DNA of 64,000 nt from Acidobacteriota bacterium (GCA_003224855.1 QHZY01000011.1:2602-66601); one strand, 5' to 3'. Positions 28,578 to 38,316 are shown, counted from the stretch's first letter. Translations and numbers: made by a program. Notes: a model not told the origin generated them from the letters alone.

Positions 28578-29951
28578 ATGATCGTAATGAAGTTCGGCGG
28601 CACGTCAGTGCAGGATGCGCAGGCGATTCAGCGCGCCGGCGCGATTGTGAAACAGCGGCTGGAACGTAAGCCAGTCGTGGTAGTCAGTGCCATGTCGAAG
28701 GTGACTGATCAATTGCTGGCCATGGCGAAAGCAGCGGGCAGCGGTGATCGTAAACAGGCGCTGAAGCTTTGCCGAGCGCTGCAGGAACGGCATTACAACG
28801 CTGCCGGCGAATTACTGGGGACTGCTCTGTTCACCCAGTTTCATGGAGACCTGGGCGCGGACTTCGAGACGCTTGATGAATTGTTGCGAGGAATCGCGGC
28901 GGTCGGTGAGCTGACGCCTCGGACCAGCGACAATGTGGCCGCATACGGTGAGATGCTCTCCAGCAAGATCGTGACGGCTGCATTTTCGGCCATGGGTATA
29001 GACGCAGCGCACGTGGATTCCCGGGAGTGCATCGTCACCGATAGCGCGTACACGCGCGCAGCGCCGCTGTTTGAAGAAACCAATGTGCGTCTGCAAAAGA
29101 GGATTGCACCACTGCTCCGCGAAAATCGCGTCCCGGTAATGGGCGGGTTCATCGGCGCGAATAAGGCGGGAATCACCACCACCATCGGACGCGGTGGATC
29201 GGATTATTCGGCTGCGATTGTGGGCGCGGGCATGGAAGCAGCCAGCATTGAAATCTGGACAGATGTGGATGGGATGATGACCACCGATCCGAACCAGGTG
29301 CCGGGAGCACGCCGGATTCGTGTCATCAGCTTTGATGAAGCGGCAGAGCTGGCATATTTCGGCGCCAAAGTGCTGCATCCAGCGACGGTTCTGCCCGCGG
29401 TGCAGAAAAACATTCCGGTGTACGTCTTAAATTCTCGCAATCCGGCCTGTGAGGGCACCCGCATCAGCGCTCGCGCACCCAAATGCAGAAATCCGTTTAA
29501 GGCGATTGCGGTCAAGAAGCGCGTGACCATCGTGGATGTGGCAGCGCCGCGCATGCAACTCGCCCATGGATTCCTGAGTTCAATCTTCGCGGCCTTTGAC
29601 CGGCACAAGATTGCGGTCGATGTGGTTTCGACTTCGGAAGTCAGCGTATCTCTTACCATGGATTCCAGTGATTCAATTCCCGCTCTTGCGGCCGACTTGG
29701 CCAAGCTGGCTGATGTAAAGTATGAAGGCCGGAAAGCAATTGTTTGCCTGGTGGGTGAGAATCTGCGCGAGACACCGGGCATTGCCGCCCGGGTTTTCGC
29801 TGAACTCACTGATGTGAAGATTCGTATGATCTCGCAGGGCGCCTCCGAAATCAATTTGACATTCGTGATTGAGGAAGATGCCGTGCCGCAAGTCGTGCAG
29901 CGACTGCATCAGACGTTTTTCTCCGATCTCGACTCCGAAGTTTTTGCATAA
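28578..29951 (+). CDS. lysC: aspartate kinase
   Basis: MIVMKFGGTSV N-terminus, GRGGSDYSA, FGAKVLHP, and C-terminal ACT domains. Confidence 0.9.
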   Translation: MIVMKFGGTSVQDAQAIQRAGAIVKQRLERKPVVVVSAMSKVTDQLLAMAKAAGSGDRKQALKLCRALQERHYNAAGELLGTALFTQFHGDLGADFETLDELLRGIAAVGELTPRTSDNVAAYGEMLSSKIVTAAFSAMGIDAAHVDSRECIVTDSAYTRAAPLFEETNVRLQKRIAPLLRENRVPVMGGFIGANKAGITTTIGRGGSDYSAAIVGAGMEAASIEIWTDVDGMMTTDPNQVPGARRIRVISFDEAAELAYFGAKVLHPATVLPAVQKNIPVYVLNSRNPACEGTRISARAPKCRNPFKAIAVKKRVTIVDVAAPRMQLAHGFLSSIFAAFDRHKIAVDVVSTSEVSVSLTMDSSDSIPALAADLAKLADVKYEGRKAIVCLVGENLRETPGIAARVFAELTDVKIRMISQGASEINLTFVIEEDAVPQVVQRLHQTFFSDLDSEVFA

Positions 29952-29975
29952 TCAGGGGCGACAGGGTAATCCGCG

Positions 29976-30659
29976 ATGCATTTGGTAGTGCTCGGACGAG
30001 GGAAGACTGGATCTCTGGTAGCGGAAGTCGCGCACCAGAGAGGGCATGATGTGCGCGCGGTGGGCGCTTCTCAGAATGAAGGCGGGTGTGCTCTTAGCGA
30101 AAGCGAGTTGCGCGGCATAGACATCGTGATCGATTTCACTGCCCCTGGGGCCGTGCCCGAAAACATTGCCGCGTGCCTGAACGCCGGGGTCAATCTGGTG
30201 GTTGGAACCACCGGGTGGTATGACGGGTTGCCGAAGGTGCGGGAGGCGGTCTTGCAGGCCGGCACCGGTTTTCTGTATGCGGCGAACTTTTCCATCGGGA
30301 TCAATCTGCTGTTCGAAATTGTGCGTAGTGGCGCACAAGCCATGCGACATCATTACTCCGGCCAGATTTTCGAACGGCATCATGCACAAAAAAAGGATGC
30401 TCCTTCCGGAACAGCCTTACAGCTGCAGGGCCTGATTCGGGAGGCTTCCGGGAAGGAACTTGAAATCATTTCGTTTCGCGAAGGCGAGGTGGTGGGCATG
30501 CACGAGATCGTGCTCGACTCGCCGCATGACACAATCTATCTCTGTCATGATGCGAAGTCCCGGCGGGGCTTTGCCGAGGGAGCGGTGCGGGCGGCGGAAT
30601 GGCTGGAAGGCAGAAAGGGCTTTTTCAGTTTTCAAGATGTGTGGAAGGAAATGCTGTAG
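29976..30659 (+). CDS. dapB: 4-hydroxy-tetrahydrodipicolinate reductase
   Basis: Short-form DapB: VVLGRGKTG dinucleotide fold, GTTGW, and ERHHAQKKDAPSGTA (the E-x-H-H-x2-K-x-D-x-P-S-G-T-A signature). Confidence 0.85.
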   Translation: MHLVVLGRGKTGSLVAEVAHQRGHDVRAVGASQNEGGCALSESELRGIDIVIDFTAPGAVPENIAACLNAGVNLVVGTTGWYDGLPKVREAVLQAGTGFLYAANFSIGINLLFEIVRSGAQAMRHHYSGQIFERHHAQKKDAPSGTALQLQGLIREASGKELEIISFREGEVVGMHEIVLDSPHDTIYLCHDAKSRRGFAEGAVRAAEWLEGRKGFFSFQDVWKEML

Positions 30660-30717
30660 TTCGTCGATCGCTGATCTGAGGTTTTGCGCCGGCTGATATT
30701 CGCGTTATCTTAATCTC

Positions 30718-31842
30718 ATGCAATGGCAAGGTTGTGGGACAGCGCTGGTCACACCCTTCACCCAGGATGGCGCCATCGATGAAAGTGCACTGCGCAACCT
30801 GATCGCGTGGCAGGTGGAATCAGGAATCGACTTTCTTGTCCCCTGCGGCACTACCGGAGAAACGCCGACTCTTTCTCACGACGAATGGCTGCACGTGATC
30901 GACACAACGGTTGAAGTGGTTGCCGGCCGGGTGCCGGTAGTCGCGGGCGCTACATCCAACTCAACCGCTGAGGGCGTGGCCAAGGCGAAGGAAGTAGCGG
31001 CTCGGCCAGGAGTGGATGCCATCCTGACGGCTTCGCCTTATTACAACAAGCCGACTCAGGAAGGCCAATACCGACATTTCCGCGCGATCGCGGAAGCGGT
31101 GGACAAGCCCATCATCCTGTACAACGTACCTGGAAGGACGGGCGCAAACATCGAGCCGGGCACGCTCGCCAGGCTGGCGGAAGTTCCACACATCGCAGCC
31201 GTAAAAGAAGCGAGTGGCAACATCGCGCAAATCGCCGAGGTATGCAATTCGGTGCCGGCGCATTTCCGGGTTTTCTCGGGAGATGACGCGCTCACGCTTC
31301 CTGTGATTGCACTGGGAGGACTTGGAATTATTTCGGTCGCTTCCAATGAAATTCCTCAGCAGATGGCGGAAATGACACGCGCTGCACTCAGCAATGACTG
31401 GACCACGGCGCGACAAATCCATCGAAAATATTTGCCATTGATGCAGGCCAACTTTATCGAATCGAACCCCTTACCGGTCAAGGCTGTCCTGGCCATGATG
31501 GGGCGGATAGAAGAAGTGTATCGCCTGCCTTTACTCCCGATGCGCCGCGACACTCGATCGAAGCTGCAACGGATCGCGACCGAAGCAGGGCTGATCAGCA
31601 AGACCAGCGCGGCAGCGGAAACGGTTGAGTTTTATATCTACGAAAACTGGGTGGCAGGGCCGCACAAAATCGTGCTCCATCGCTCCAGCTGCAGCCAATG
31701 TAATCACGGCAAAGGACGCCCGACCGGACACGACGCCAACCATGCGCGCTGGCATGGGCCGTTCGCAACCTTGCCGGAGGCTCGCGAGAGTTCACATAAC
31801 ATGCAGGGAGTACTGATCCGGAGCGAATGTAAATGCGTATAG
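30718..31842 (+). CDS. dapA: 4-hydroxy-tetrahydrodipicolinate synthase with an in-frame ~80-aa Cys/His-rich C-terminal extension
   Basis: GTALVTPF, PCGTTGE, YNKP, ILYNVPGRTG and the catalytic Lys in AAVKEASG. The TIM barrel ends near ...ATEAGLI (about aa 293), and the ORF continues in frame to aa 374. Confidence 0.85.
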   Translation: MQWQGCGTALVTPFTQDGAIDESALRNLIAWQVESGIDFLVPCGTTGETPTLSHDEWLHVIDTTVEVVAGRVPVVAGATSNSTAEGVAKAKEVAARPGVDAILTASPYYNKPTQEGQYRHFRAIAEAVDKPIILYNVPGRTGANIEPGTLARLAEVPHIAAVKEASGNIAQIAEVCNSVPAHFRVFSGDDALTLPVIALGGLGIISVASNEIPQQMAEMTRAALSNDWTTARQIHRKYLPLMQANFIESNPLPVKAVLAMMGRIEEVYRLPLLPMRRDTRSKLQRIATEAGLISKTSAAAETVEFYIYENWVAGPHKIVLHRSSCSQCNHGKGRPTGHDANHARWHGPFATLPEARESSHNMQGVLIRSECKCV

Positions 31843-31867
31843 CTTCGATGAGTCACTGATCTCCTCC

Positions 31868-32701
31868 ATGCATCCCATCCAGACGGCGATTGAGCGGATT
31901 GCGGCTTCGGAAGAGCTGCAAGGTTCTCCGGAAGCGCGCGATATTTTTATCGCTTTCCGAGAACTGCTCACGCATGGCCATATACGCGCTGCGCAAAAAA
32001 TCGACGGTGAGTGGAAGGTAAACATTTGGGTGAAGCAGGGAATCCTGCTGGGATTCCGCCTCGGCCAGCTGGTTCGAATGGGATCAGAGTCTTGTTTGCC
32101 TTTTGTTGATAAAGATACGTTCCCGGTGCGGAAATTTTCTCTTGAAGAACGCGTCCGCGTGGTGCCGGGTGGATCGTCGGTACGTGAAGGCGCTTATGTC
32201 GCACCGTCAGTCATCTGCATGCCGCCAATGTTTATCAACGTGGGCGCGTATGTGGATGAAGGCACGCTGGTAGATTCGCATGCGCTGATTGGCTCTTGCG
32301 CGCAGATCGGCAAGCGGGTGCATGTCAGTGCTGCAGCTCAGATTGGGGGCGTCCTCGAACCGGTCAATGCCGCCCCGGTAATCATTGAAGATGACGCTTT
32401 GATTGGCGGAAATTGTGGAGTCTATGAAGGCACCCTGGTGCGGGAAAGGGCGGTGCTGGGCGCCGGCACAATTCTGACACGTTCAACGCCGCTTTATGAC
32501 CTGGTGCGGGGGGAAGTCTATGTTGCCGCCGCCGGCCAATCACTTGAAGTGCCGGAAGGCGCGGTGGTGGTGCCGGGCAGTCGCGCAGTGACAAAGGGTA
32601 AGGGCCCCGAGTGGAATTTATCCCTGTACACGCCGGTGATCGTGAAATATCGCGATCGCAAGACAGACCAGAGCGTCGAGCTGGAGCAATGGCTGCGTTA
32701 G
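31868..32701 (+). CDS. dapD: 2,3,4,5-tetrahydropyridine-2,6-dicarboxylate N-succinyltransferase
   Basis: Hexapeptide-repeat LbH region (VVPGGSSVREGAYV..., IGSCAQIGKRVHVSAAAQIGG..., IIEDDALIGGNCGVYEG) with a DapD-like N-terminal domain. Confidence 0.85.
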   Translation: MHPIQTAIERIAASEELQGSPEARDIFIAFRELLTHGHIRAAQKIDGEWKVNIWVKQGILLGFRLGQLVRMGSESCLPFVDKDTFPVRKFSLEERVRVVPGGSSVREGAYVAPSVICMPPMFINVGAYVDEGTLVDSHALIGSCAQIGKRVHVSAAAQIGGVLEPVNAAPVIIEDDALIGGNCGVYEGTLVRERAVLGAGTILTRSTPLYDLVRGEVYVAAAGQSLEVPEGAVVVPGSRAVTKGKGPEWNLSLYTPVIVKYRDRKTDQSVELEQWLR

Positions 32702-33351
32702 TTCGGCGTGACAGTCACTTCAAGACGAGCTCCTGAAATCCTGATGCCAATGGCGGTGAGCGAATCTATGACGGCATCGGCGGCGCCGAGTTGGCCGCGC
32801 GGATAAGTGGTGGTGATGCCAATCACCTTCATGCCCGCAGCTTTCGCAGCCTGAATTCCGGCCGGAGCATCTTCCACTACAAGGCAATCTTCCGGGCGAT
32901 GCCGCAACAGGCGTGCTCCCATGAGATACGGCTCAGGATCCGGCTTTCCATTGATCACTTCGTCAGCGGATACAAGGACGGCGGGCGAGGGAATCTTTCC
33001 AGACCTCAACCTGGCAGTGGCCAGCATGCGAGTGCCGGATGTGACGATGGCCCAGCGATCTGCCGGGATACTCCTTACAAGCGCTGAGGCGCCCGCCATA
33101 GTACTGACTCCATCCCGGTCGGATGCTTCGCGTTCTTCTATCTTCTTTACTTCTTTAACGGCATCCAGCCAGGGAGCAGCAGCACGTACCACTTCGATGG
33201 TGCGGACTCCGTGGGCAATGCTCAAAACTTTTTCTGGATCAAGCTGATGTTCCGTTGCCCAGAGCCGCCAAAGGCGAGACACCGAACCGGTTGAATCCAC
33301 CAGGACACCATCCAGATCGAACAGGATCGCGGCGCAATGGAAAGTGGGCAT
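32698..33351 (-). CDS. HAD-superfamily hydrolase (subfamily IA, beta-PGM/phosphatase-like)
   Basis: Motif I AILFDLDGVLVDS, motif II VTSG, and motif III/IV K...VVEDAPAG. Confidence 0.8.
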   Translation of the reverse strand: MPTFHCAAILFDLDGVLVDSTGSVSRLWRLWATEHQLDPEKVLSIAHGVRTIEVVRAAAPWLDAVKEVKKIEEREASDRDGVSTMAGASALVRSIPADRWAIVTSGTRMLATARLRSGKIPSPAVLVSADEVINGKPDPEPYLMGARLLRHRPEDCLVVEDAPAGIQAAKAAGMKVIGITTTYPRGQLGAADAVIDSLTAIGIRISGARLEVTVTPN

Positions 33352-33374
33352 TCTGTTGGAGTGAGTAGATGGAT

Positions 33375-34031
33375 TTAGACTGACGAAATGACCTTCGCCG
33401 CACTTTGCAGCAATGGGTCGTTCACCTGCGCGCCTCGTAGTTCCAGATGCCGCCGCCGAAAGTGACTTTGAGCGCGGTCACCCCAGCTGCGGACGAAGTA
33501 GTAATTCAATGTTGCACCGATCACTGAACTGGCAACCGGAATCATTCGTCCCGACCATTTTTCTACCAGCTCTGAGCTTGCCTTGTACGCGATGCGTTGA
33601 ATCACCTTGGGGACAAATCGATTGACCACCTGTTTTTCGAGCAGCTCTCTTCCCAGATCGACTCCGGCAGCACTGGCAGCAGCAATCCAAAGGTCGGCAA
33701 TCTCCTGATCAGTGTTGTATTCAAAGCCATAGGTGAGACTTAGCTTTTGCAGGGTGCGCATAGTAATGGCGGCCAGGATACTGAGGTCGGGAACAATGGT
33801 AAGCATTCCACCCAATCCCATGCCGGCGCCTTCCACCGCGGCGACTCTCATGCCCGCATGTATGACGTCATGACCCACGTGGTCAAGAATTCCCAGCTCA
33901 ACCGAGTACACGCCCTGAAACGTGCTCACAGGGACTCCGTAGCCTGCGCGCATCTGCATCAGGAAAACGGAAGGATTGACGCGGAATGCGTCATAGGCGT
34001 GGTGAAACCCGCGGCGGAATCCATCCTCCAC
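33375..34031 (-). CDS. EcsC-family protein
   Basis: Gly-rich membrane-associated core (AAVEGAGMGLGGMLTIVPDLSILAAITMRTLQKLSLTYGF) and a C-terminal VIGATLNYYFV segment, as in the EcsC family. GTG start. Confidence 0.65.
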   Translation of the reverse strand: MEDGFRRGFHHAYDAFRVNPSVFLMQMRAGYGVPVSTFQGVYSVELGILDHVGHDVIHAGMRVAAVEGAGMGLGGMLTIVPDLSILAAITMRTLQKLSLTYGFEYNTDQEIADLWIAAASAAGVDLGRELLEKQVVNRFVPKVIQRIAYKASSELVEKWSGRMIPVASSVIGATLNYYFVRSWGDRAQSHFRRRHLELRGAQVNDPLLQSAAKVISSV

Positions 34032-34666
34032 TCTTTCCCGCAGCCACTTTTTCGCTGAGCCGCCTTTTCATCGGCGGTGCCCAGCCGCTTATCGCTATTC
34101 GGAGAAGCGCGCTGCAGCCATAATAGATATCGGTCCTGGGCTTGTTCGATTTCGGACTGGCTCACTTCGCCGTCGGCCTTCACTCCGTCGTACATGATGT
34201 TGTAATCGTCCGCCTTCGGTGGAGCCTTATCATCTTTGGCGTGGAGGAAGTGTTTATATAGATTATCGTCAATTTTGCTGTTCAGCTTTTTGGCCCGGTC
34301 GTTCACTTCTTTCCAGTTCACCCCAGCTTCACCCGCGATCTGAAAAATGTCCTTGCCACCCTTAAGGCGAACGGCGATCTCTTTCATGTCGAGATTATTT
34401 TTCGCGAGCTCATGGGCAAGCAGCAGAGAGCCGTAATTCAGGCCGGTCTGGCGCCTCTCCAGTACCAGGTCCATCTGTTTCAGGGCAAACATCTCCGCCA
34501 TAGTCTGATTGACAATCTTGCGCCCTGTGGCATCGGTGGCCATGGCGGTGACTTTATTTAATTCTTTCCTGGTTTTTTGCTGATCGTCCGCAGCAGCGTA
34601 GTGCGTCAAAACCAGAGCAATGACAGCAAGAAGAGAAGCTATGTGTCTCACGGCTAGACACCTCAC
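33959..34666 (-). CDS. hypothetical secreted protein
   Basis: Signal peptide (IASLLAVIALVLTHYAAA) followed by a Lys/Asp-rich soluble protein. The 3' end overlaps the EcsC start by 73 nt, so the C-terminus is uncertain. Confidence 0.5.
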   Translation of the reverse strand: MRCLAVRHIASLLAVIALVLTHYAAADDQQKTRKELNKVTAMATDATGRKIVNQTMAEMFALKQMDLVLERRQTGLNYGSLLLAHELAKNNLDMKEIAVRLKGGKDIFQIAGEAGVNWKEVNDRAKKLNSKIDDNLYKHFLHAKDDKAPPKADDYNIMYDGVKADGEVSQSEIEQAQDRYLLWLQRASPNSDKRLGTADEKAAQRKSGCGKEWRMDSAAGFTTPMTHSASILPFS

Positions 34667-34779
34667 CGAGGGGTTAAAAAAATTGTACCGCGCCAGTCTG
34701 CATCAACCCAAGCGAATTCGGCTGCTTTTGAAGGGCCTGAGCAGTGATTTTCATGTGCTAGGATCAGAGAACATCCACC

Positions 34780-36444
34780 ATGGCTTCCGGCAAGCTGCAA
34801 ATCGTCCCCCTGGGCGGACTTGGCGAGTTCGGCATGAACTGCATGGCCCTGCGATGGGGAGATGACATCATTGTCATCGACGCCGGGCTGATGTTTCCAG
34901 AATCGGAGTTGCTGGGCGTCGACATCGTAGTTCCGGAGATCTCCTACCTGATCGAGAATCGCGAGCGGGTGCGCGGGATCATTCTTACCCACGGCCACGA
35001 AGACCATATTGGCGCTCTGCCCTGGATCTTGAGCGAATTGAACGTTCCGGTCTGGGGCACGGAGTTCACCCTCGCCTACGTTGAAGACAAGCTGGATGAA
35101 CACGAACTGCTCGAGCAGAGCCAGTTACGGGAGATGAAGGCAGGAGAACGATTCAAGATCGGCCCGTTTACCATCCACCCGATTCAAGTCACCCATAGCC
35201 TGGTGGACTGCGTGGCGCTCGCGGTCCACACTCCGCTGGGGGTGGTGATCCACACCGGTGACTTCAAAGTCGATCCCACGCCCACCGACACTCGGCTGTT
35301 TGATCTGCATGCTTTTGCGGAATACGGGAAAGAAGGCGTGCTGGCGCTACTGCAGGACTCAACCAATGTAGAGCGTAAGGGTTATACGCCGAGTGAACGC
35401 GCGGTCCGCCGTAAATTCGATGAAGTGTTCGCGCGTACTCAACAGCGGCTGTTTATTTCGTGTTTTTCTTCTTCCATTCATCGCATCAAACTTGCGGTCG
35501 ATCTGGCCTGGGAGCATGGCCGTAAGGTGGCCTTCATCGGGCGGTCGATGAACAGCTCGGCGGAAATCGCTGAGGACTTGGGCTACATAGAGATTCCGGA
35601 AGGCCTGCTCATTCATCCTGGCGAGATGAAGAACTTTCCCCCCCAGAAAGTTTGCGTATTGATCAGCGGGACCCAGGGGGAACCGATGTCGGCGCTATCA
35701 CGGGCCGCCGTCAACAACCACAAGCACGCCAAGATTGAAAAAGGCGACACTGTGGTCCTGTCCTCGCGCATCATTCCCGGCAACGAAAAAACCATTTACC
35801 GGATGATCGACCATCTTTTTCGGCGCGAGGCCCACGTTATCTATGAAGACGGATCGTCACCGCCCATCCACGTGAGCGGGCATGCCAGCCAGGAAGAGCT
35901 CAAGCTGATCATCAATCTGGCCAAGCCGCGTTATTTCATTCCGGTTCACGGCGAGTACCGGCAACTGAAACTGCATGCCGAGCTGGCCGCTGCAATGCAT
36001 AGTTCGGTGGGAAGTGTGATGTTAATCGAGAGTGGTGACGTGCTGGAGATTGACGAGCTCGGGGCGCGCAAGGCCGGCCGCGTTGCGGTAGGGCGCGTCT
36101 GCATCGATTCCGGCTCACGCACTGACGTGGTGGAAGATCTGATAATCAAAGACCGCCGGCATCTTAGTGAAGACGGCATTGTGCTCCCTATTATCGCTAT
36201 CAACAAGCTTTCTGGCCGCGTAGAGACTTCGCCGGAGATAGTGACACGTGGATTTTCGATCGGTGAAGATGGCCTGATGGATGGCGCGCGCGAACTGGTG
36301 ATGCAGACCCTGGAACAATCGAGCGAAGAAGAAAAGACGGACTATGGCGTAATCAAGGAAAAGATCCGCGCCGACCTGAAACGATACATCTCGAAGCAGA
36401 CCCAGAAGCGTCCGCTGATCATGCCGGTGATTCTGGAAATTTAG
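34780..36444 (+). CDS. rnj: ribonuclease J (metallo-beta-lactamase / beta-CASP)
   Basis: ILTHGHEDHIGALP motif, beta-CASP region, HVSGHASQEEL, and a C-terminal domain. Confidence 0.9.
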   Translation: MASGKLQIVPLGGLGEFGMNCMALRWGDDIIVIDAGLMFPESELLGVDIVVPEISYLIENRERVRGIILTHGHEDHIGALPWILSELNVPVWGTEFTLAYVEDKLDEHELLEQSQLREMKAGERFKIGPFTIHPIQVTHSLVDCVALAVHTPLGVVIHTGDFKVDPTPTDTRLFDLHAFAEYGKEGVLALLQDSTNVERKGYTPSERAVRRKFDEVFARTQQRLFISCFSSSIHRIKLAVDLAWEHGRKVAFIGRSMNSSAEIAEDLGYIEIPEGLLIHPGEMKNFPPQKVCVLISGTQGEPMSALSRAAVNNHKHAKIEKGDTVVLSSRIIPGNEKTIYRMIDHLFRREAHVIYEDGSSPPIHVSGHASQEELKLIINLAKPRYFIPVHGEYRQLKLHAELAAAMHSSVGSVMLIESGDVLEIDELGARKAGRVAVGRVCIDSGSRTDVVEDLIIKDRRHLSEDGIVLPIIAINKLSGRVETSPEIVTRGFSIGEDGLMDGARELVMQTLEQSSEEEKTDYGVIKEKIRADLKRYISKQTQKRPLIMPVILEI

Positions 36445-36502
36445 AGGTGCGCCGATCGTAACTCTGGCAGACATTTACGAAGCGCAGGAGCGAATACGAG
36501 GC

Positions 36503-37405
36503 GTGGCTGCGCGTACCTCGCTTGTTCCTTTTTCATCGTCAAGTAACGAATTCTTTCTAAAACCGGAGAACCAGCAGCCGATTGGCTCCTTCAAGTTGCG
36601 CGGCGCCTACAACAAGATCGCTTCATTGGCAGCCGCCGAGCGGAGTCGCGGGGTCATTTCCTATTCCAGCGGTAATCATGCGCAGGGGGTCGCGTATTCT
36701 GCCCGCGCGCTGGGGGTGAAGGCGGTGATTGTCATGCCCAACAATGCTCCCGCGAACAAGCGTGAGGCAACCGCCAGGCTGGGTGCAGAGATCGTGGTTG
36801 TAGGACCGGGAAGTGACGAGCGCCAGGCCAAAGCCCAGCAGCTTGCGACCCAGCATGGATATGCGATCATCCCGCCCTACAACGACGAAAAGATAATCGC
36901 CGGCCAGGGAACGATTGGTCTGGAGATACTGGAAGACCTGCCGGATACCGAAGCTGTATTCGCACCGGTGGGAGGCGGCGGACTCATCAGCGGCGTAGCT
37001 ACCGCGGTAAAGTTGAAGAATGCCCGCGTTAAAGTAGTCGGAGTAGAACCCGAACTTGCGGCCGATGCTCAGGCCAGCTTCCGGTCGGGGAAGCTGGCAC
37101 AACTTGGCGCGGAGGACGTGAGCCGAACCATCGCTGATGGGCTTCGCACTCAAAGCATCGGCGCCATCAATTTTGAGCACATTCGCAGTTATGTGGACGA
37201 TGTCATCACCGTCACCGAACAGGAAATCCGCGACGCCATGAAAATCCTGGCTCGCGATTCGAAAACACTTGCCGAACCAAGCGGGGCGGTGGCAACTGCC
37301 GGATTTTTATCACGGCGTCAAAAACTGCCACTCAGTAAACGGACCGTGATCGTCATCAGCGGCGGCAATATCGAGCCACAAATGTTAGCTGAGATCCAGG
37401 CATGA
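36503..37405 (+). CDS. threonine ammonia-lyase / serine-threonine dehydratase-like PLP enzyme (fold type II)
   Basis: PLP-Lys motif SFKLRGA, SSGNHAQG, and the Gly loop GGGGLISG. Homologous-looking N-terminus (TLADIYEAQERIRG) lies in frame upstream of the first canonical start, GTG 36503. Confidence 0.8.
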   Translation: MAARTSLVPFSSSSNEFFLKPENQQPIGSFKLRGAYNKIASLAAAERSRGVISYSSGNHAQGVAYSARALGVKAVIVMPNNAPANKREATARLGAEIVVVGPGSDERQAKAQQLATQHGYAIIPPYNDEKIIAGQGTIGLEILEDLPDTEAVFAPVGGGGLISGVATAVKLKNARVKVVGVEPELAADAQASFRSGKLAQLGAEDVSRTIADGLRTQSIGAINFEHIRSYVDDVITVTEQEIRDAMKILARDSKTLAEPSGAVATAGFLSRRQKLPLSKRTVIVISGGNIEPQMLAEIQA

Positions 37406-38316
37406 CACGGCGGCTGTTTTTTTCTCTTCTGCTTCTCGTCACCTCGGCTCACGCGGCTGAGCGGGGAGCGCTGTTAAGGGTCGCCAATATCTACTTGTCC
37501 CCCGACGCGACATCCGCCAAGCTCGGTGAAATTGAGCGCGGGCGTGAAGTGGTCGTGTTTGATAGCAGCCGGGAATGGCTGCATGTGGAGGCATCTCTCA
37601 CGGAAGAAAAATCACTGACCGGCTGGATTCTCGATAAAGGCGTGGTTCGCGCCTCAACCCCGAATGGTGATCGCATTCTGTACGGCGCAGCGATTGATTC
37701 CGAAGATGAAGCGAGTCGGCGGCGAGGACGCAAGGGCGCTGCCCAGGACGCGATGCGGCTCTATTATCGGGTTTACGATTACTTTCCCACTTCCCCGCTG
37801 GCGGGCGAATCGCTGTATCGTTCGGCTGATATCCGCTGGCAGATCGAGAAAGCGGATGTATCGGCCCGCCCCTCATCGCGCGAGCGCGAAGCCTTCCTGC
37901 GCGAGGGGATGGAAGAGAAATACTTCAAAGAAGTGATGAAGAAGTTCCCCGGAACAAAATGGGCTGACCTCGCCGCCTTCCACCTTATCGACAACAAACT
38001 GTGCGGCGACTGGCAGGCGGCTTCCAAGTGTCCGCTGAAAGAGGCGGAGTTGTATGAGAAGTACGCCAGCGAGCGCCCTCAGTCACCCGCTAATTCAGAG
38101 GCGCTCTATGGTGCTGCCGTGCGTTGGGCAGCGTTGATCGAAATCTTCAAGACCGAGGAGCAGCCAAAGAAATCGGAGGAAGCCAAAGCCAGGGCGATCG
38201 CGCTCACTCAACGCATCAGCGGGCAAAACTCGCAGAGTGACTGGTCAGCGCGCGCCCAGTCGCTGCTCTTCCTGGTTCAGCAGGGAATTCCTACCTACGG
38301 CAACGCGCAGCAGTAA
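37402..38316 (+). CDS. hypothetical secreted protein (SH3b-like N-terminal region, helical repeat C-terminal region)
   Basis: ATGA overlap with the upstream stop and a signal peptide (MTRRLFFSLLLLVTSAHA). The domain guesses are weak. Confidence 0.55.
   Translation: MTRRLFFSLLLLVTSAHAAERGALLRVANIYLSPDATSAKLGEIERGREVVVFDSSREWLHVEASLTEEKSLTGWILDKGVVRASTPNGDRILYGAAIDSEDEASRRRGRKGAAQDAMRLYYRVYDYFPTSPLAGESLYRSADIRWQIEKADVSARPSSREREAFLREGMEEKYFKEVMKKFPGTKWADLAAFHLIDNKLCGDWQAASKCPLKEAELYEKYASERPQSPANSEALYGAAVRWAALIEIFKTEEQPKKSEEAKARAIALTQRISGQNSQSDWSARAQSLLFLVQQGIPTYGNAQQ

Noticed and set aside
33959-34031. 73-nt same-strand overlap between the secreted-protein ORF and the EcsC gene, considered as a possible frameshift fusion
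   Set aside because: The EcsC frame has a stop just upstream of its GTG and the two products look unrelated. It is more likely an over-extended 3' end or a genuine overlap, with no evidence for recoding.
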